Shown piece by piece: positions 61,259-64,000 of a DNA stretch of 64,000 bases; the stretch's first letter is position 1; each line of letters starts with the position of its first letter. A model generated the notes under the pieces. It ran no database searches. It was not told the origin of the DNA and saw only the letters and a program-made list of their open reading frames with translations. The DNA is from Mobula hypostoma (Eukaryota). The position numbers and the translations under genes were made by a program. The stretch lies in contig NC_086097.1 of assembly GCF_963921235.1 (NCBI RefSeq), forward strand, positions 97,342,001 through 97,406,000, written 5' to 3'.

Positions 61259-64000
61259 TAACCCCCCCCCCCCCAGAACCGGCGATACCTCCCCCAATGT
61301 CCACAGTCTGGATCGGCCTCTGTTTGGGAGGTCTGCCCCTGTGCCGCGGTGCCTGAGCCTGGACCGGCTGCGCCAAGTCCACATGGGCCGGTTTGAGTCG
61401 GTCCACCGTGAAAACCTCCTCTCTCCCCCCAATGTCCAGCACGAACGTGGACCCATTGTTCCTGATCACCTTAAACGGCCCCTCGTAGGGCCGCTGTAGC
61501 GGTGCCCGGTGTCCGCCCCGTCATACAAAAAGAAACTTACAGTTCTGCAAGTCTTTGGGTACGCAGGACGGGCTTTGTCCGTGCTGTGAAATGGGTATGG
61601 GGGCCAGGTTACCGAACCTCTCCCGTAGTCTGTCCAGGACAGCTGTGGGTTCTTCCTCTTGCCCCCTTGGGGCCGGTATGAACTCTCCTGGGACGACCAG
61701 GGGTGTGCTGTACACCAACTCGGCCGACGAGGTGTGTAGATCCTCTTTGGGCGCGTGCGGATTCCGAGCAGGACCCAGGGAAGCTCGTCAACCCAGTTAG
61801 GCCCCTCCAGGCGGGCCATGAGAGCCGACTTCAGGTGACGGTGGAAACGCTCCACTAGTCTGTTCGACTGTGGGTGGTAGGCAGTTGTGTGGTGTAGCTG
61901 CGATCCTAAAAGGCTGGCCATAGCTGACCACAGGCTGGAGGTGAACTGGGCGCCCCTGTCGGAGGTAATGTGGGCCGGTACCCCAAAGCGTGCTACCCAG
62001 GTTGCGATCAGTGCTCGGGCGCAGGATTCGGAGGTGGTGTCGCTGAGCGGGACTGCCTCCTGCCATCTGGTGAACCGGTCTATCATAGTTAGGAGGTACC
62101 GCACTCCTCATGACACTGGCAGGGGTCCCACGATATCCACATGAATGTGGTCGAACCTCCGGCGGGTGGGTTTGAACCGCTGCGGCGGAGCCTTGGTGTG
62201 CCGCTGCACCTTGGCCGTTTGGCACTGCATACACGTTTTGGCCCATTCACTGACCTGCTTACGAAGCCCATGCCACACGAACCTATTGGCGACCAGTCGG
62301 ACGGTTGTCCTGATGGAGGGGTGCGCTAAGTTGTGAATGGATTTGAACACCCACCGGCGCCAGGCTGCTGGGACGATGGGGCGGGGTTGGCCAGTAGCTA
62401 CGTCACATAGTAGGGTCCTCTCACCTGGGCCTACGGGGAGGTCTTGGAGCTGCAAACCGGAGACTGCAGTCCTGTAACTGGGGATCTCCGCGTCTGCCTG
62501 CTGTGCCTCTGCCAGCGCTGCATAGTCCACCCCCTGGGACAGGGCCTGTATGGTCGGTCGGGGTAGTGCGTCCGCCATGACGTTGTCCTTTCCCGAGACA
62601 TGCCGGATGTCCGTCGTGTACTCGGAGATGTAGGACAGATGTCGCTGCTGGCGGGACGACCAGGGGTCGGACACCTTCATGAACGCAAAGGGAAGCGGTT
62701 TGTGGTCTGTGAACGCGGTGAAGGGCCTACCTTCTAAGAAGTACCTGAAATGCCGGATTGCCAGGTATAGTGCCAATAGCTCCCGGTCGAAAGCACTGTA
62801 TTTGAGTTCGGGTGGTCGTAGGTGTTTGCTGAAGAACGCCAGGGGCTGCCAGCGACCATCGATGAGTTGTTCCAGCACTCCACCGACTGCTGTGTTGGAT
62901 GCGTCCACCATGAGGGCAGTAGGAACGCCCGCTCTGGGGTGCACTAGCATCGCGGCGTTTGCCAAGGCTTCTTTGGTTTTAACGAAGGCGGCTGCGGCCT
63001 CTTCGTCCCAGGTAATGTCCTTGCCCTTACCCGACATTAGAGTGAACAGGGGTCGCATGGTTCGGGCTGCTGAGGGGAGGAAACGGTGGTAGAAATTCAC
63101 CATACCCACGAATTCCTGCAGGCCTTTGATTGTGTTGGGTCGGGGGAAGTGGCGGACCGCGTCTACCTTGGCGGGCAGCGGGGTTGCCCCGTCTTTGGTA
63201 ATCCTGTGGCCCAGGAAGTCGATGGTATCGAGTCCGAACTGGCATTTGGCTGGGTTGATTGTAAGGCCGAATTCGTTCAGGCGGGAGTAGAGCTGGCGGA
63301 GGTGGGACAGATGCTCCTGCCGACTACTGCTGGCTATGAGGATGTCATCCAAATAGATGAATGCAAAGTCCAGGTCGCGTCCCACCGCGTCCATTAGACA
63401 CTGGAAAGTCTGTGCGGCATTCTTTAGACCAAACGGCATTCGAAGGAATTCAAAAAGTCCGAACGGGGTGATGAGTGCTGTTTTGGGGATGTCGTCCGGA
63501 TGTACCGGGATTTGATGGTATCCCCGGACGAGGTCTACCTTGGAAAAGATCCTTGCGCCTTGTAGGTTTGCTGCAAAATCTTAAATGAGTGGCACAAGGT
63601 AGCGGTCTGAAGTTGTAGCCTCGTTCAGCCTGCGGTAGTCACCGCATGGTCTCCAGCCGCGCCCCCCCCCGCCCCCGTTGCCTTGGGCACCATGTGCAGC
63701 GGGGAGACCCATGGGCTGTCGGACCGTCGTATGATCCCCAATTCCTCCATCTTCTTGAACTCCTCTTTCGCCAGTCGGAGCTTGTCCAGGGGAAGCCTTC
63801 GAGCACGGGCGTGGAGGGGTGGTCCCTGGGTCGGGATGTGGTGCTGTACTCCGTGTCTGGGCATGGCTGCCGTGAACTGCGGTGTCAGTACTGATGGGAA
63901 ATCCGCCAGGACCCTGGTGAATTCATCGTCAGACAGCGTGATGGAGTCCAGGTGTGGCGCTGGCAACTGTGCTTCATTCAGGGAGAACGTTTGAAAAGTC
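60973..64000 (-). mobile_element. Ty3/Gypsy LTR retrotransposon, 3' half (RT-RNase H-integrase, PPT, 3' LTR), disrupted
   Basis: [13 protein letters not shown] and YLDD in RT; DAS/ELLA/TDHKPL in RNase H; HHCC and SDRG in integrase. G13 PPT at 61262-61274. Stop codons near 63582 and 62109; frameshifts near 63660 and 61750. CpG-rich; inserted into a CR1. Confidence 0.95.

Overview
This is vertebrate genomic DNA; the repeat content (V-SINE/HE1-like, CR1, Rex/Babar and abundant Penelope-like elements) suggests a cartilaginous fish, probably a ray (inference). The only host gene is calpain-3 (CAPN3) on the minus strand. Seven canonical GT-AG exons match human exons 3, 4, 5, 7, 8, 9 and 10 in size (119/134/169/84/86/78/161 bp), and the Cys/His/Asn catalytic triad is intact. 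Between exons 5 and 7 there is a 135-bp phase-0/0 candidate exon that looks like a highly diverged IS1 insertion (exon 6). Exons 1-2 were not found in the ~39.5 kb upstream, but a TATA-led candidate alternative first exon at ~35.5-35.8 kb has a donor in frame with exon 3. The rest is mostly transposon-derived. Three distinct Penelope-like families each carry a minimal hammerhead ribozyme (one with an intact core), inverted 5' ends and, in several copies, 11-14 bp TSDs; ribozyme-bearing fold-back minielements are also present. Other repeats are CR1 and Rex/Babar LINEs, a solo LTR with a 5-bp TSD, a young but disrupted Gypsy element with its 3' LTR, Tc1 and hAT-like elements, and two large G-rich minisatellites. 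Repeat boundaries are approximate unless a TSD or TIR is cited.
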